Shown: positions 35,530 through 48,768 of the stretch, in pieces
Position numbering within the stretch: the first letter of the stretch is position 1
Layout: every line of letters starts with the position of its first letter
NCBI RefSeq assembly: GCF_006345805.1
Contig: NC_042997.1
Coordinates: 22,506,001 to 22,570,000 of the forward strand
Direction of reading: 5' to 3'
Source: Octopus sinensis
Taxonomy: Eukaryota
DNA: 64,000 nt
Notes under the pieces: model-generated
Database searches by the model: none
What the model saw: the letters and a program-made list of their open reading frames with translations, nothing else
Told to the model about the DNA's origin: nothing
Translations under genes and position numbers: made by a program

Positions 35530-37780
35530 CATCATCATAGATTAACGTCCGTTTTCCATGATGGCATGGGTTGGACAGTTTGACTGAAATCTTGGAGAGC
35601 CAGCTGCTGCAACAGGCTCCAATCTAGTCTAGCATAATTTCTACAGCTAAATGCCCTTCCTAACGCCAACTATTCTGAGAGTGTAGTGGGTGCTCTTTAT
35701 GTCCCATCGGCACAGGAGCCAGCTAGCGGGTCACCGGCCCCCAGCTACGGTATTGGTTTTACTTGACTCAAGCATACTGCAAGCTTACGCATGGCCTCGG
35801 CATTCATGGTCCATGTTTCACTACCGTATAGCATGGCAGTTCACACACATGCATCATACAGTCCACCTTTCCCCCTGAGTGAGAGGCCATTAGCTGCCAG
35901 CAGAGGTAGGAGCTCCCTGAATTTGCCCAGGCTATTATTACTCTAGTTGCTACACTCGCAGAGCAATCACTCCCACTACATACTTGGTCGCCTAGGTAGT
36001 AGAAAGTATTTACTACTTCTAGTTTCTTCCCCAGGCATGTAATGGAAGCTGTTTTCTGAACACCTTCAGTGTTAATTGCCCCACTGCATCTACCACACAC
36101 AAGAAAAAATTTTCCCAGTTAACCTTCCTTTGATATTGCTGCACCTTTTATGTGTCCATAGCTTACACTGGGTGCATCGTATGGAGTTTCTACCAATGCC
36201 TTTTCTACAGAGGAGTTTGTGATTTGACAGCCTGCACACTAACTAAAACTTTGGTTTTGGCTAGGTTAACCCTAACGCCATTCAATTCTAGATTTTGCTT
36301 CCACACCCTAACCTTTGGCTCCAGTTCCGGCAGTGATTCTGCTATTAGTGCAAGGTCATCAGCATAGAGGAGCAGCCTGTCTTGAATTCTTCTGTTATTG
36401 CCTGGAGGACTATAATGAATAAGAGGAGGCTGAGGACTGATCTTAGGTTGACCCTTACCCCTACCCGATATTCTTCACTGTACTCGTTGCCAACCCTCAC
36501 CTTACTGTACATGGCTTGTACAGCTCTCAATAAACATTCATCCATCCCTAGTCTCCTCATTGACAACCAGATAGGGGATCGGGGGACCCTGTCAATGAAA
36601 GCCAGGTACAAAGTTTTATCTTGGACTAGCTATTTCTCCTGCATCTGTCTTATCAGAAACATAGCATCAGTGGTGCTTTCCCTTGGGACGAACCGAAACT
36701 GCATCTCATCTAGACTGCCTCTCTCCCTAATTACTTGGGCTATGACCCTCTCCGTGACCTTCATTACCTGATCCAACAACTTGATACCTCTGTAATTATT
36801 TGTATCTAATGCATCACCTTTACCTTTGTTAGCAGTTGACTATGGTGCTGCTACACCAGTCATTGGGTATGACTCCTTCATGTATCACCTGGTTGACTAG
36901 GCTATAGCCGATACCGCCAGATATTTTGAGCATCTCTGTGGTGTTTCCTGATTGTCCGGAGGCTTTCCATGTCTTCATACCCTTAATTGCTTTACCTACC
37001 AAGACACTGTCAATTTAGATAGATAGCTGGTCCCTCTGTTGGGTTGGCATTCGGCAGACTCTCTTTCTCACATTCATTCACTTTATTTAGCAAACTTTCA
37101 TAATGGCGTCTCCAAACCTGTTTCTTTGCAGCTTCGTTTAAAGCAAGTGAACCGTCACCCATGCGGACACATTTCTTTCCTAGGACATCGCAATTCTCTC
37201 TCACACACTGTCTGGCAACAGGAAAATACTTCAAGTCTTTGGTCATCATGACGCAGAACATTGGCAAATTTTTCCTTATCTGCTTCCCCTCTGGCCAAAT
37301 AAACCCATCTCCTAGCTTCCCTTTTGGCAGTCTGATACAATTCCCTGCTATCACCGGTCTTCCAGTCCTTCAAAGCCTGTTTCTTTTCCTTACAAGCCCT
37401 GTCAACAACACTGTTCCACCACCACGTTACCTTGGGTTGAGAGGAGACTTTGCACCATCCACAGATCTGGTCACTAGCCCTCAAAAGGTTGTTCTGTAGA
37501 AACCTCCAGTTGTCTTCCACAGCTTTGAGTAATATGTCTCTCAATCTCTTTTTGCAGGATCCTTAAGCTTCCAGACCCTTCTCCTCCATTCTGGTCGTCT
37601 TCTGGGCATCCATTTAGCCCTGATCCTGAAGTTGCTAACTACTAATCTATGTTGTGGGGTACATTCTTCACCTGGGAAGGTTTGGGCATTTACAAGTAGT
37701 CGTCTTTCCTGTTTCCTAGTGAGGATGTAGTCAATTTGACTAGTGTGTCTACCAGATTGGTAGGTGACTAAATGGCCCTG
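35530..37780 (-). mobile_element. Degraded RTE-clade LINE with 3' tail
   Basis: Minus-strand motifs DYILTRKQ (endonuclease end), VTWWWNSVV, LLFIIVLQAITEEFKTG, FYYLGDQV, and a (GAT)n-ending tail at about 35530. Confidence 0.85.
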
Positions 37781-39476
37781 AATATGCTAATCGATTACCA
37801 TTTAGTAATTATGATACTTCTACAATTGAAGATAATTTTAATAAATAATGAATTTATGTATTGTGGTATTTGATACTTGTCAATTGTCTACATTGTTCAC
37901 ATAAATGCCAGTACCAGGCAGAGGTGGTTTCCAGCAGTAAGAGAAGCTTAAGAATAAATAAATGGAAATTTGTCGGCAGAACAAAGTTAGTAACCTTAAG
38001 TCACCTCTTACACTCTCAGTGTTGTGATGAGAGTCAAGGTACCCTCTTGTGAGGAATGGGCTGAATCGAGAGAGTGTATATAGTTTGTGTTATTTCATAG
38101 TGAAGTTCGAGAGTGTGGGTTGGTTTGTTCATTTGGAATATTTGTTGGTTCTTGAGAGATAGTTACGTTGTTATTGCTGCTGCATTATCTTATTTTATCA
38201 CACTGGTACCACATATTTTAGGCCATTATCGCAATAGTTGTGGTACTACTATATTGGATGCAAACCATGTTACAGCATCTGGCGACAAAAGGCTCGAAGA
38301 TCACGTAGCGTGTAATTCACCTGCAAACTAAGCATTAAATTCTTTCTTACCAGATTGTCAGCCTTCTGAAATTCCCTTGTCCATGTTATTTCCTCTGCAG
38401 CCATTCACACATTTTATTCAAGATCAACTACGTCAATCTTACCAGTTTTGAAGGCACATCTCTTGCCTTTTGTCTCAGAAGGAATGTAAGGATACAGCCC
38501 CCTTTATCCAGCTAAATTGTTCAAACACTGCCCCCTTTATCCAGCCAAATTGTTCAAATAAAACATGGGAAAAAAACCCCAAACACCCACTACTATTCCT
38601 GTGAATTAGTAAGCTGTATACTATATCAAACTGAGCCCACATCATCATCTTTAACATGTCTCACAGCTAGAACCTTTTACTAAATATTTTATCCAATCAT
38701 TTATCTCCAGAATGGCAGCTTCTACATGGAATCACATTCTCATCAGACATTAATTTACAGAAGTTGAAAAAAGACATCATCTACATTCACATTAACAGTT
38801 TAGGAAAGCCTGCAGATGTTCTCTTGCTCGCACTTTATATTAGTACAAATAAGAATTTCTAACAAAGGTACATAGCCAAAAATTTTATAGGAGGAAATAA
38901 TGTCAACTATATTGACCCACTCCTTATCTAGAGTTTTATTTCATTGCCCACAGAAACAGAGAAATGTGAAGTGTGTTGACAATGCTAACTAACCCTTTCA
39001 TGACTTAAATTCTGATAGGTAAACTGTTTCATTAAATCTCTAGTGCCAGTTTAGCATACAGTAAACGTGGCCATTTACAATTTAGTATGCTATCTGATGC
39101 CAATTCTAGACCATAGCTCTAACCCTAACATAAACCATAACAAGGCATGCACAAACGAATTTTACGTAACAAGTAAACAAGTAAACACAAACAACGAATA
39201 ATAATTTTATACAAAACGAATAACTTTAAAATTCTATAAAGCAATGCAAATAATGGAAAATAATTTAAACACTAATTTTATATATACTCAGGCTTTCCAA
39301 ACGAATTTAGCTGTTTAGGATCTCAAGCTTGTCAAACGAATTTAGCTGTTTACGTTAACTACGTCACAAAATAGCTGTTTACGTCACAGTAACAGTATGT
39401 TTAGATGCAGCAAATGATTTCAGCTCAAAACAGAGAATATGATTGGTTAAAATTTGAAGAATTAAACTACGTAAAA

Positions 39477-39605
39477 CTTACAAATTACAATTTTTTCAAA
39501 AAAGCCAAGTGAAATTAATGTTTTCTTTTGACACATTCTACCAGTATAGGAAGTTTCAAATTGTTTAGTTAACTAGAAATTCCGTCCATCAAAAGGAAAA
39601 GATCC
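39477..39605 (-). mobile_element. Right 129-bp terminal inverted repeat
   Basis: Reverse complement of 34831-34959, followed by TA. Confidence 0.85.
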
Positions 39606-39920
39606 TAGTGTAGCCCCTCAGTAAAAACATACAAATTTATACAAATGCTTGTGATTTCAGAAAAACTATTGATGTTCCACTAATTGTTGTTGAAATACGG
39701 AGATAAAAAACCATTTAAGATTGGTTAGAATCATATTGATGTCTTCTATATTTTAATAGTAAGGTAAGGAATTTATCTTTTATCATCATCTTTTACTCAT
39801 TTCAGTCATTAGACTGAAGCTCAGCTGGGATTCTACCTTGAAGGCTTTGGCTAAACAGATTGACCCCCAGTTCCTAATTTAAGTTATATTTATTTATATT
39901 TAATATTTAACAATACTATA

Positions 39921-41150
39921 GAAGAAATTTCAGGTGTGGAAGCAAGGTTTAGAATCGAAGGGTTTTAGAATCAATGTTGCAAAAACCAAAGTCCTAGTAA
40001 GTAGGAAGGTGAACACATCACAAACCCTTTCAGGTAGATGGCCCTGCTTGATCTGTAGAAAAGGTGTAGGTAGAAACTCCATAAGATGTACCCAGTGTAA
40101 GCTATGGATGCATAAGAGGTGCAGTAACATCAAAGGAAGGCTAACTGGGAAGATGGCTTTTGTGTATGGCAGATGCACAGGGGCAATAAACACTGCAGAT
40201 GTTCAGAACTGATTCCATCACATTCCAGGGGGAGAAACTAGAAGTAGTTGATAGCTTCCACTACCTTGGTGACCAAAGCTGTAGTGAGGGTGGATGCTCA
40301 GAAAGCATTGCCACTAGAATAAGAATAGCCTGGGCAAAGTTCAGAAAGCTCCTACCTCTGCTGGTGACTCGCTCAGAGTGAAAAGTAGATTGTATGATGC
40401 ATGTGTTTGAACTGCCATGCTACGCAGCAGTGAAACATGGGCTGTGATGGCTGAAGACATGTGTAAGCTCGAAAGAAATGAAGCTAGTATGATCAGCTAG
40501 ATGTGTAATGTCAGTATGCCCACACGACAGTGTAAGTGCCCTGAGAGAAATGTTGGAAATAAGAAGCATCAGATGTGGTGTGCAAGATTGACAACTGCAC
40601 TGGTATGGTCATGTGCTACATATGGGTGAGGAGAGCTGTGTGAAGAAGTGTCACTCCCTAACAGTGGAAGGAACCCATGGAAGAGGTAGACCCAGGAAGA
40701 CATGGGATGAGGTGGTGAAGCATGACCTTTCAAATGTTGGGCCTCACAGAGGTAATGACGAAAGACTGAGACCTCTGGAGATATGCTATGATTGAGAAGA
40801 CCCGCAAGTAAAGTGAGATCACAGCCATAGCCTACACCAGTATCACATAACCAGCCCACTTAAAAAAGTACCTTTGAATCATCAAGTGACCTGCCCTACT
40901 TGAGACCTATTGAGTCAAGTAAATCAAAACCAAAATCAAAATCAAATCAAATAAAATCACAATCAAATGGCAATTGTAGTCGTGGCTGATGCATCAGCCA
41001 GTGCCACCTGACTGGATCCTGTGCTGGTGGCATGCAATAAACACCATGCATGCATGGGTCATTTCCAGATCTGCTTGACTGGCTCCCTGTGCCAGTGGTA
41101 CATAAAAAACACTATCAGAACATGGTCAGTGCCAGGCCCTGCCCTGACTG
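39921..41150 (+). mobile_element. 5'-truncated RTE LINE (thumb, zinc-finger-like region, 3'UTR)
   Basis: INVAKTKVL..WPCLICRKGVGRNSIRCTQCKLWMHKRCS, FHYLGDQ, RGRGRPRKTWDEVVK. Confidence 0.85.
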
Positions 41151-41160
41151 ACTCTTGTCT

Positions 41161-41634
41161 TATCGTTATTAGTATTATTAATAGCATTAATACCGGCAAA
41201 ACAATGCATGCATCACACGGCTAGCAAAATAATAGCAAAAACAACAACAACAACAACAATAATACAGTACCATGCAAAGCATTATATATCGGCAGATACA
41301 GATAAGAAGAAAAAGGAAAAACATTGATTTACATCATAGAAAAGTCCCCAGGTGCACAAGCGTTTATACGGACGTTCGATATTTAACTTTCTCTGAACTT
41401 AATACTTTACACATATCACAGTCCGTATAAACTCTTGTGCACCTGGGGAATTAATTTTCTATGATGTAAATCAATTTTTTTCCTTTTTCTTCTTATATGT
41501 ATCTGCCGGTGTATAATGCTTTGCATGGTACTGTATTATTGTTGTTGTTGTTGTTTTTGCTATTATGTTGCTAGCCGCGTGATGCATGCATTGTTTTGCT
41601 GGTATTAATGCTATTAATGATAATAATAATGATA
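41161..41634. repeat. Long palindrome: arms of about 213 bp with a 47-bp spacer
   Basis: 41161-41373 is the reverse complement of 41421-41634 (ccccaggtgcacaag..tatacggac / gtccgtata..cttgtgcacctgggg), roughly 90% identical by eye. Confidence 0.9.
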
Positions 41635-41867
41635 TTAGTAGCAATAGTGGCAATGGCAATAGTAATGATGGTAATATTAATGGCATTTTGTAACTTAATA
41701 TAATGAACTCTTGACTTTGTATATCTGCATTTGAATATAGATATGTGTATGTTTCTATATTGTAATATTCTAATATATTGTTTTGACCAACTGTAACCTT
41801 GAATATAGAACATATGTATGTATATTGCTGTATATTATTATTATGTATATGTATATATATATATTAT

Positions 41868-41904
<37 letters not shown>

Positions 41905-42026
41905 GTATAGAAGTATGGGTATATGCACTCATATGTATGTGTATATTATATATTATGGGTATGTACCCACTTTTGTATGGGTGTACCTCCTCTGATTTTC
42001 ATATTTAATTTAGTTTGTACTTCATA

Positions 42027-42153
42027 ATCTCTGAAGAGGCCTTGGGATATTTTTGTAAGTGTCTCATTTATAACTACATATTAACCTATCACACATAGCT
42101 AATATGAGCATAATGAGGCACCCATATTTGCATGGCTGAAACAGCTGTAAGAT
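42027..42153 (+). ncRNA. Type I hammerhead ribozyme (Penelope-type, palindromic stem III loop)
   Basis: Stem I atct/agat; CUGAAGA at 42031-42037; stem II ggcc/ggct; GAAA at 42138-42141; stem III AC-agct-GU; GUA cleavage site after 42149. Confidence 0.8.
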
Positions 42154-42699
42154 GTAGTTTATATTTATATTTGTATTTATTTATATTCACTTATACATAC
42201 TGTACTTATTGTATCTTATTACTCATTGATGTACATTGTTTTGTTCTATATTCTTATGTTTGACCTTAATGTTCATATGTAGTGGTCTAATAAATTATGT
42301 GATTGGGTATTATCTGGTAGTTGATTATTGATTAAGATGTATTTCTCCATTTTCTTATTTTATATTATTAATTTGTGGTAAAACATTTTACCGTTGCCCA
42401 TATAATACAGTAAATGAATTAATTGCATCGCAATTCTTAACATTTATGTATTAACTTTGTTGGGTGCTTTACTAGCAGTATATTGGATATATGTTATCCC
42501 ATTGTGGGTGGCACTCACAACCCCTATCTCAGTTTATATACATATATATATATATATTTATTTCTACTTTTATTCTATTTTGTTTTATTTGTTTCAGTCA
42601 TTGGACAGTGGTTATGCTGGGACATTGCCTTGAAAGGTTTTAGCTGAACACATTGATTCCTGTACTTATGTAAATATATCATCATCATCATCGTCATCG

Positions 42700-44035
42700 T
42701 TTAACTTCCGTTTTCCATGCTAGCATGGGTTGGACGGTTCAACTGGGATCTGGGAAGCCAGAAGGCTGCACCAGGCCCAGTCTGATCTGGCAGTGTTTCT
42801 ACAGCTGGATGCCCTTCCTAACGCCAACCACTCCGTGAGTGTAGTTGGTGCTTTATACGTGCCACCTGCACAGGTGCCAGACGAGGCTGGCAAACAGCCA
42901 CGATCGGATGGTGCTTTTTACATGCCACCAGCACGGGGGCCAGATGAGGCTGGCAATGGCCACATTCAGATGGTGCATTTTACGTGCCACTGGCACGGAG
43001 GCCAGTCGGGGCGGCACTGGCAACGGCCATGTTCGGATGGTTCTCTTACGTGCCACCGGCACTGGTATCACAGCTACAATTTCCATTGATGTTGATCGAT
43101 TTCGATTTTGATTTTGATTTTCACTTGCCTCAACAGGTCTTCACAAGTAGGGTTTGTGTCACAAGAAGGAAAGGTATGCATAAGTGGGCTGGCTACGTCC
43201 CAGGTAGAGGCCAAGGGTTATGGTCTCACTTGTCCTGCCGGGTCTTCCCACGCACAGCATACTTCCAAAGGTCTCAGTCTCTGGACATTTCCTCGGTGAG
43301 ACCTAAAGTTCGAAGGTCGTGCTTCACCACCTCGTCCCAGGTTTTTCTGGGTCTACCTCAACTGCTAGGGTGTGGCACTTTTTCACACAACTATCTTCAT
43401 CCATGGAAGTTGGTCTCTGAGCATTTTCAGTGTTTATTGCTCCTGAGCATCTGTCACATACAAAAACTATCTTCCCAGTTAGCTTTCCTTTGACATCGCT
43501 GCACCTCTTATGTGTCCATAGCTTACACTTGGTGCATCTTATAGAGTTTCTGCCTATGCCTTTTCTACAGATCGAGCAGGGCCATCTACCTGAAGGCGTT
43601 TGTGATTTGCCTGCCTTCCTACATATTAGGACTTTGGTTTTAGCTAGGTTGATTTTAAGGCCGTTCGATTCTAATCCTTGTCTCCACACTTGAAACTTTG
43701 CCTCTAGTTCTGATAGTGACTCAGCAATTAGAGCAAAGTCATCAGCATAGAGGAGCTTCCAGGGGCATCCTGTCTTGAATTCCTCCGTTATTGCCTGGAG
43801 GACTATGATAAATAGGAGGGGGCTGAGGACTGAACCTTGGTGGACCCCTACCTCTACCCTGAATTCTTTAGTGTACTCGTTGCCAACCCTCACCTTTCTT
43901 ACAGTGTCTCTATACATGGCTTGCACAGCTCTCACTAACCATTCATCTATCCCTAGTTTCCTCATTGATCACCAGATAAGGGATCGGGGAACCCTGTCAA
44001 AGGCTTTCTCCATGTCAATGAAAGCCAGGTACAGG
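42700..44035 (-). mobile_element. Young 5'-truncated RTE LINE with 3'UTR
   Basis: ORF 43324-43965 reads GVHQGSVLSPLLFII..LLYADDF. The 3'UTR is nearly identical to 55620-56130. Confidence 0.9.
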
Positions 44036-44574
44036 ATATTAATGTTTGCTTTTGTGTTATAATAAAAACAATTTTACATTAAACTGGAGAATACAAACTT
44101 TTAGTAGAGTACAAATTTATCATTCTTTACCAGGAATAGTACTAACAGTGGCCTCAAAGATTCAGCCAGCAACCATAAGTCAGATAAGACAGTCCCATAA
44201 TGGCCCAGCTAGTCAAAATCCCATGATGTTTGTCTCCATTTTGGATGGAGATGAACACCATTCCTCCATGTGACCAGCTTGAAAAATTATTAAGATTTTA
44301 AGATATTTTTCTTAATATGAAAGAAGTGGTAGCTTTAATACACAAATAAAGAAATTTAATCCGCCAATGCAGTGATGAGCACTCATTCTCATTGTTCAGT
44401 GATCTTATGATCTGCAGTATTAACTTCAGGAAACCTGCCAGTCACTTGTTCACCTATCAGTCTGGTAGGCACTCTGACAGATTGACTACATTCTCACCAG
44501 AAAATGAGAAAGAGGGCTACTTATAAATGCCAAAACTTGCCCAGGTGAAGAAAGCACCCTGCAACATAGGATAG

Positions 44575-46260
44575 TTGTTAACGACTTCAAGATCGGGGCT
44601 AAATGGCTGCCTAGAAGATAACCAGTGTGGAAAAGAAAGGTCTGGAAGGATCCTATGAATAGACAGAGATTTAGTGACATGTTGAAGCATTTGACAAAAA
44701 GGAGGAAGATTATAGTGACATATAACATGGAGGACAACTGGAGGGTTACAGACAACCTGCTGAGGGTTACAGACCAAATCTGTGACTGGTGCAAAGTCCC
44801 TTCTTGACCTAAAGTGACATGTTGGTGGAACAGTGTAATGACAGGGTCATTAAAGAAAAGAAACAGACATGGAAGGACTGGAAGTATTGGGGTAGCAGGG
44901 GACTGTAACAGATAGCCAGAAGAGAAGCTAAGAGACAGATATGTTTAGCCAGGGAAGAAGCAGAAAAAAAGTTTGCCAATGTTCTGCGACATGAGGACTA
45001 GAGACTTGAAGTGTTTCAGATTGCAAAACAGTGAGAGAAAATCATAGAAGAGAAATATGTCCACATGGATGATGTTTCACTTGCATTTAATTATTCTGCA
45101 AAGAAGGAGGCTCAGAAACACCATTGTGAAAAGCAACTAAATGTGGAGAATGAATGGGAGAAGGAGAGTCTGCCAAATGCTGATCCAAATGAGAGACCAG
45201 CTTTCTGAACTGACAGTAGCTTGGTATATAAAGCAATTAAGGATATGAAGGCAGGGAAAGTCCCCGGTCCATCAGAAATGACCACTGAGATGCTTAAAAT
45301 ATCTGGTGGAGTAGGATATGGCCCAGTCACCCACATAGTTAATCATGTTGTCTACGAGGGAGTCATACCCAACGATTGGTGTAGCAGCATTATAGTCAAC
45401 TGCTACAAAGGCAAAGGTGATGCCTTAAACACAAATAATTACAGAAGTATCAAACTGCTGAACCAGGTGATGAAAGTTACAGAAAGGATCATAGCTCAAT
45501 TAATTAGGAAGAGAGTTTGTGTAGATGAGATGCAGTTTGGATTTGTGCCAGGCAGGAGCATGACCCATGATGCTATATTCCTGGTTAGGTAACTGCAGGA
45601 GAAATATTTAACCAAAAAGAAACCTCCGTAGCTGGCTATTGTTAACATAGAGAAAGCCTTTGACAGGGCCCCCTGCTCCCATATTTAGTGGTCAATGCAG
45701 AAGCTAGGGATAGATGAATGGTTGGTGAGAGCTGTACAAGCCATGTGCAAGGATCCTGTCAGTAAGGTGAAAGTTGTCAATGAGGATAGTGATGAATTCA
45801 GGGTACAAGTAGAAGTTCACCCAGGATCAATCCTCATCCCCTTTTGTTCATCATAGTCCTCCAGGAAATAACAGAGGAATTCAGACGGGTTTCCCCTGGG
45901 AGCCCCTCTGTACCTGATGACTTTGTTCTTATAACTGAATCACTACCTGAACTTGGGCTTCACAGAGGCAATGATAAGCAACCAAGACCATTGGCAATAT
46001 GCCATGCTTCAGAAAACCCATGAAGCCAAATGAAACCGTAGTCATGGCTGATGACGGTGTCACATAACTGGCATGTAAAAGACACCATTACACTCTTGGG
46101 GGGGTTTTGTATTAGGAAGGGGATCCAGCTATAGAAACTATGCCAAATCAGATTGGAACCTGATGCAGCCCTCCAGCTTACCAGCTTCAGTCAAACTGTC
46201 TAACCCAAGCCAGCGTGGAAGGTAGACTCTAAATGATGATAATGATGATGATGATGATGG
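44575..46260 (+). mobile_element. Degraded RTE LINE
   Basis: GKVPGPSEMTTEMLK, YKGKGDAL..NYRSIKLL, QFGFVPGRS, and a decayed 3' tail ending in (GAT)n. Confidence 0.8.
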
Positions 46261-46493
46261 GTTTTTTTTATGTATCCACACATACAAATGTATACCTGTG
46301 TGCATATATGTGTACATGTATCTTTGCAGCAGTAAAGCTATTTGCCTTGATAGAGGATCCACCACCACTTGTAAGCTCATCTCAACCCACACCTGTGTGT
46401 GATATAGTTTGATGATTCAAAAAGATGAAATTTGATCTGGTTTGGTAAGGTCAACTGAGATCAATCCTGGTCATATAGCTAGGTTACTTTGGG

Positions 46494-46900
46494 TCAGGAT
46501 GACTGCAGTCTATGTTTCTTTTCTGTACTCTCATACCTGTTTGGATTCATTGATTACCACAATCAAAAGTTAGCACACATTTCTTTTGAGTCTCTCACAG
46601 CTTTCCATTTGAATTCTTTGGCAGCCAATGAGGCATCAGCATAACAAGAAGCTGTATCATTCCACCATCTTGTAGGGTACCTCATTGACATTCCACCATC
46701 TTGTAGGTCACCTCTTTGCCACTGGTCTCCTGGAATGCTTTCATCATTTGCAATACATAATATCCATAGCTTGTACTAAGATTTTAAGTCTGCAATTTTC
46801 TTTCAGCTTCTCTACAGCTGACATATAACCACTGGCTAAGTCTACAATATGAATATAGTCTCAGACACCTGTACCATAATTTAATTTATGACTTATATGT
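46494..46900 (-). pseudogene. GALE: Processed pseudogene fragment of UDP-glucose 4-epimerase, C-terminal third (copy 1)
   Basis: Minus-strand translation GTGV*DYIHIVDLASGY..KLKEN..GTSYGYYVLQMMKAFQETSGKEVTYKMV..SCYADASLAAKEFKWKA..KEMCAN..W.SMNP matches the GALE motifs DGTGVRDYIHVVDLA and CYA.PSLA..ELGW.A..MC.DLWRWQ..NP. Confidence 0.88.
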
Positions 46901-46999
46901 AATTTCTGATATATAAGTTATTATTTATATACATTTATATAATTTCTATATGCTCAGTGATTTGTGTATATACATTCTAAATAAGTCACTACACCCTTC

Positions 47000-48600
47000 A
47001 ATTATTCTTATTAAAATTTGACATCTCTACAAAATTATAAAAATCTTAAAACTTAACAAATGTGTAGTTGAAGCAGCTTTACATAGACCCATCGATACCC
47101 TCTGAACATCCCCTTAAAAGTTCTAAAGCTATCTTTGATATCACCAACTCACACATCCCATCATTACCAAAACAAAAATAATTCACTTGAACAACAAATT
47201 AAAACTGTGTACTGTTCCTCATTATTAGCAAATAATCAAAATACTTAACACTACCTGAAGAAACAAACAAATTTCTGACTATCAAATTGCTTTTCAGTCA
47301 CCAATTCTATGTAGAATAGAGTAACAACACATCTAGACTCTACAATTTCCTAAATGGTGTACTACTTAGACCCTACACAACCTTCACATACTTCCACAAA
47401 ACATACAAACATTCTGGCAGAAACAGAAGCTAAATCTACATCATATCACAATCTACCATCTTAAAAAAGCAGATGAGTGAATAATGGAGTCTTAGATACC
47501 TTATCATTATCGTCATTATCATCACTATTTAACATCTGTTTTCCATGCTGGCATGGGTTGAACAGTTTGACAGGAACTGATAAGACTGGGAGCTACTCCA
47601 AGCACCATTGTCAATTTGGGCATGATTTCTATGGCTGAATGCCCTTCTTAATGCCAACCATTTATCTGGGTGTACTGGGTGCTTTTTACATGAAATGACC
47701 TGGCCATGAATAAAAACATGACTTCAAGGGAATTTGAATTCTGAACATAAAGATGGATGAAATATCACTAAGCTTTTCGCCTGGTATGCTAATGATTCTG
47801 CTCCCTCACTGCCTAACGATTCTGCCAGCTCACCATAAAAGATAATAAATGAAAATGCATGAAGAAATTTAAAACAACTCATTTGATCCCTCAGGGATTA
47901 TCTCAACTCAGCTTGAGTCTTGTAACATATTATTACAAAGAACAGAAAACTTCACATTTTAATGCAATCACAGGTTGTATAAAAAAAAACACACCCATAG
48001 ATCATGCATGTAACGAAACTTAAATTCTCAAAATGAAAAATTACCCAAGCATGCAAATTGTCAAAAACTTGCATAGTGCAAACCCATTTAGGCCCACAAA
48101 TAAGAGAACAATAACCACAGACACCCTGGCACATCTGCAACATTCCAGAACACTACTACAGCATCATACTAAAAGTATTAACCATCCCACATGTTTCAGA
48201 CAAGCACCAAAAAATGCAAACACTCTAAAAAAAAAAGCAGCAGCATCAATAACCTCATTGTTCCTTGGTCTAACAAGTCTCTACATCATCAATGGACCTG
48301 TTAAAAATAATAGCCAACTATCCCTCAAATCACACCCTACTGTCATAAACAAAGGACATATTGATTCGTGTAATCCTATCTCGAAAACGAAAAATAGACC
48401 AGAGTTGGGATTGTCATGCCTGGAATGTCTTCTTATTATAGATCCCATTAGAGCTGGCCTGGGGCTAAACAACAATACCAACCTCATTAGTTTCAAACAT
48501 TCTCCTGATAGTTACACCACCAAAGGTAAATATAAAAGAATAGCAACACTGTCATGTTCTGACCAAGTGAATCCACCTTGCTCACCTTTGTTGTGGCTAT
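47000..48600 (+). mobile_element. Possible highly decayed Penelope-like element, interrupted by RTE-tail and SINE pieces at 47520-47835
   Basis: Only weak motif resemblance (PSI.SEH.LK, LLQHHTKSI, CFRQAPK, NLISFKH) to Penelope RT/GIY-YIG regions. Confidence 0.35.
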
Positions 48601-48737
48601 AAACACAGGAGTTAACAGGAAAAGACCAGATTAGTGGTTCTCAACCAGAGTGCACATGACCCTTGCAGGTCCACATAAGATTTTGTTGTTAAAGTCTATG
48701 TGCTATGAATTGGTATTCCTAAGGTATTTTTCAATGT

Positions 48738-48768
<31 letters not shown>

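Noticed and set aside
38090-38480. Possible exon, or Tx1 ORF1 remnant (DLRAFCRQ on the minus strand)
   Set aside because: Similarity is limited to a few residues shared with the 9978 ORF, and there is no splice or coding support.
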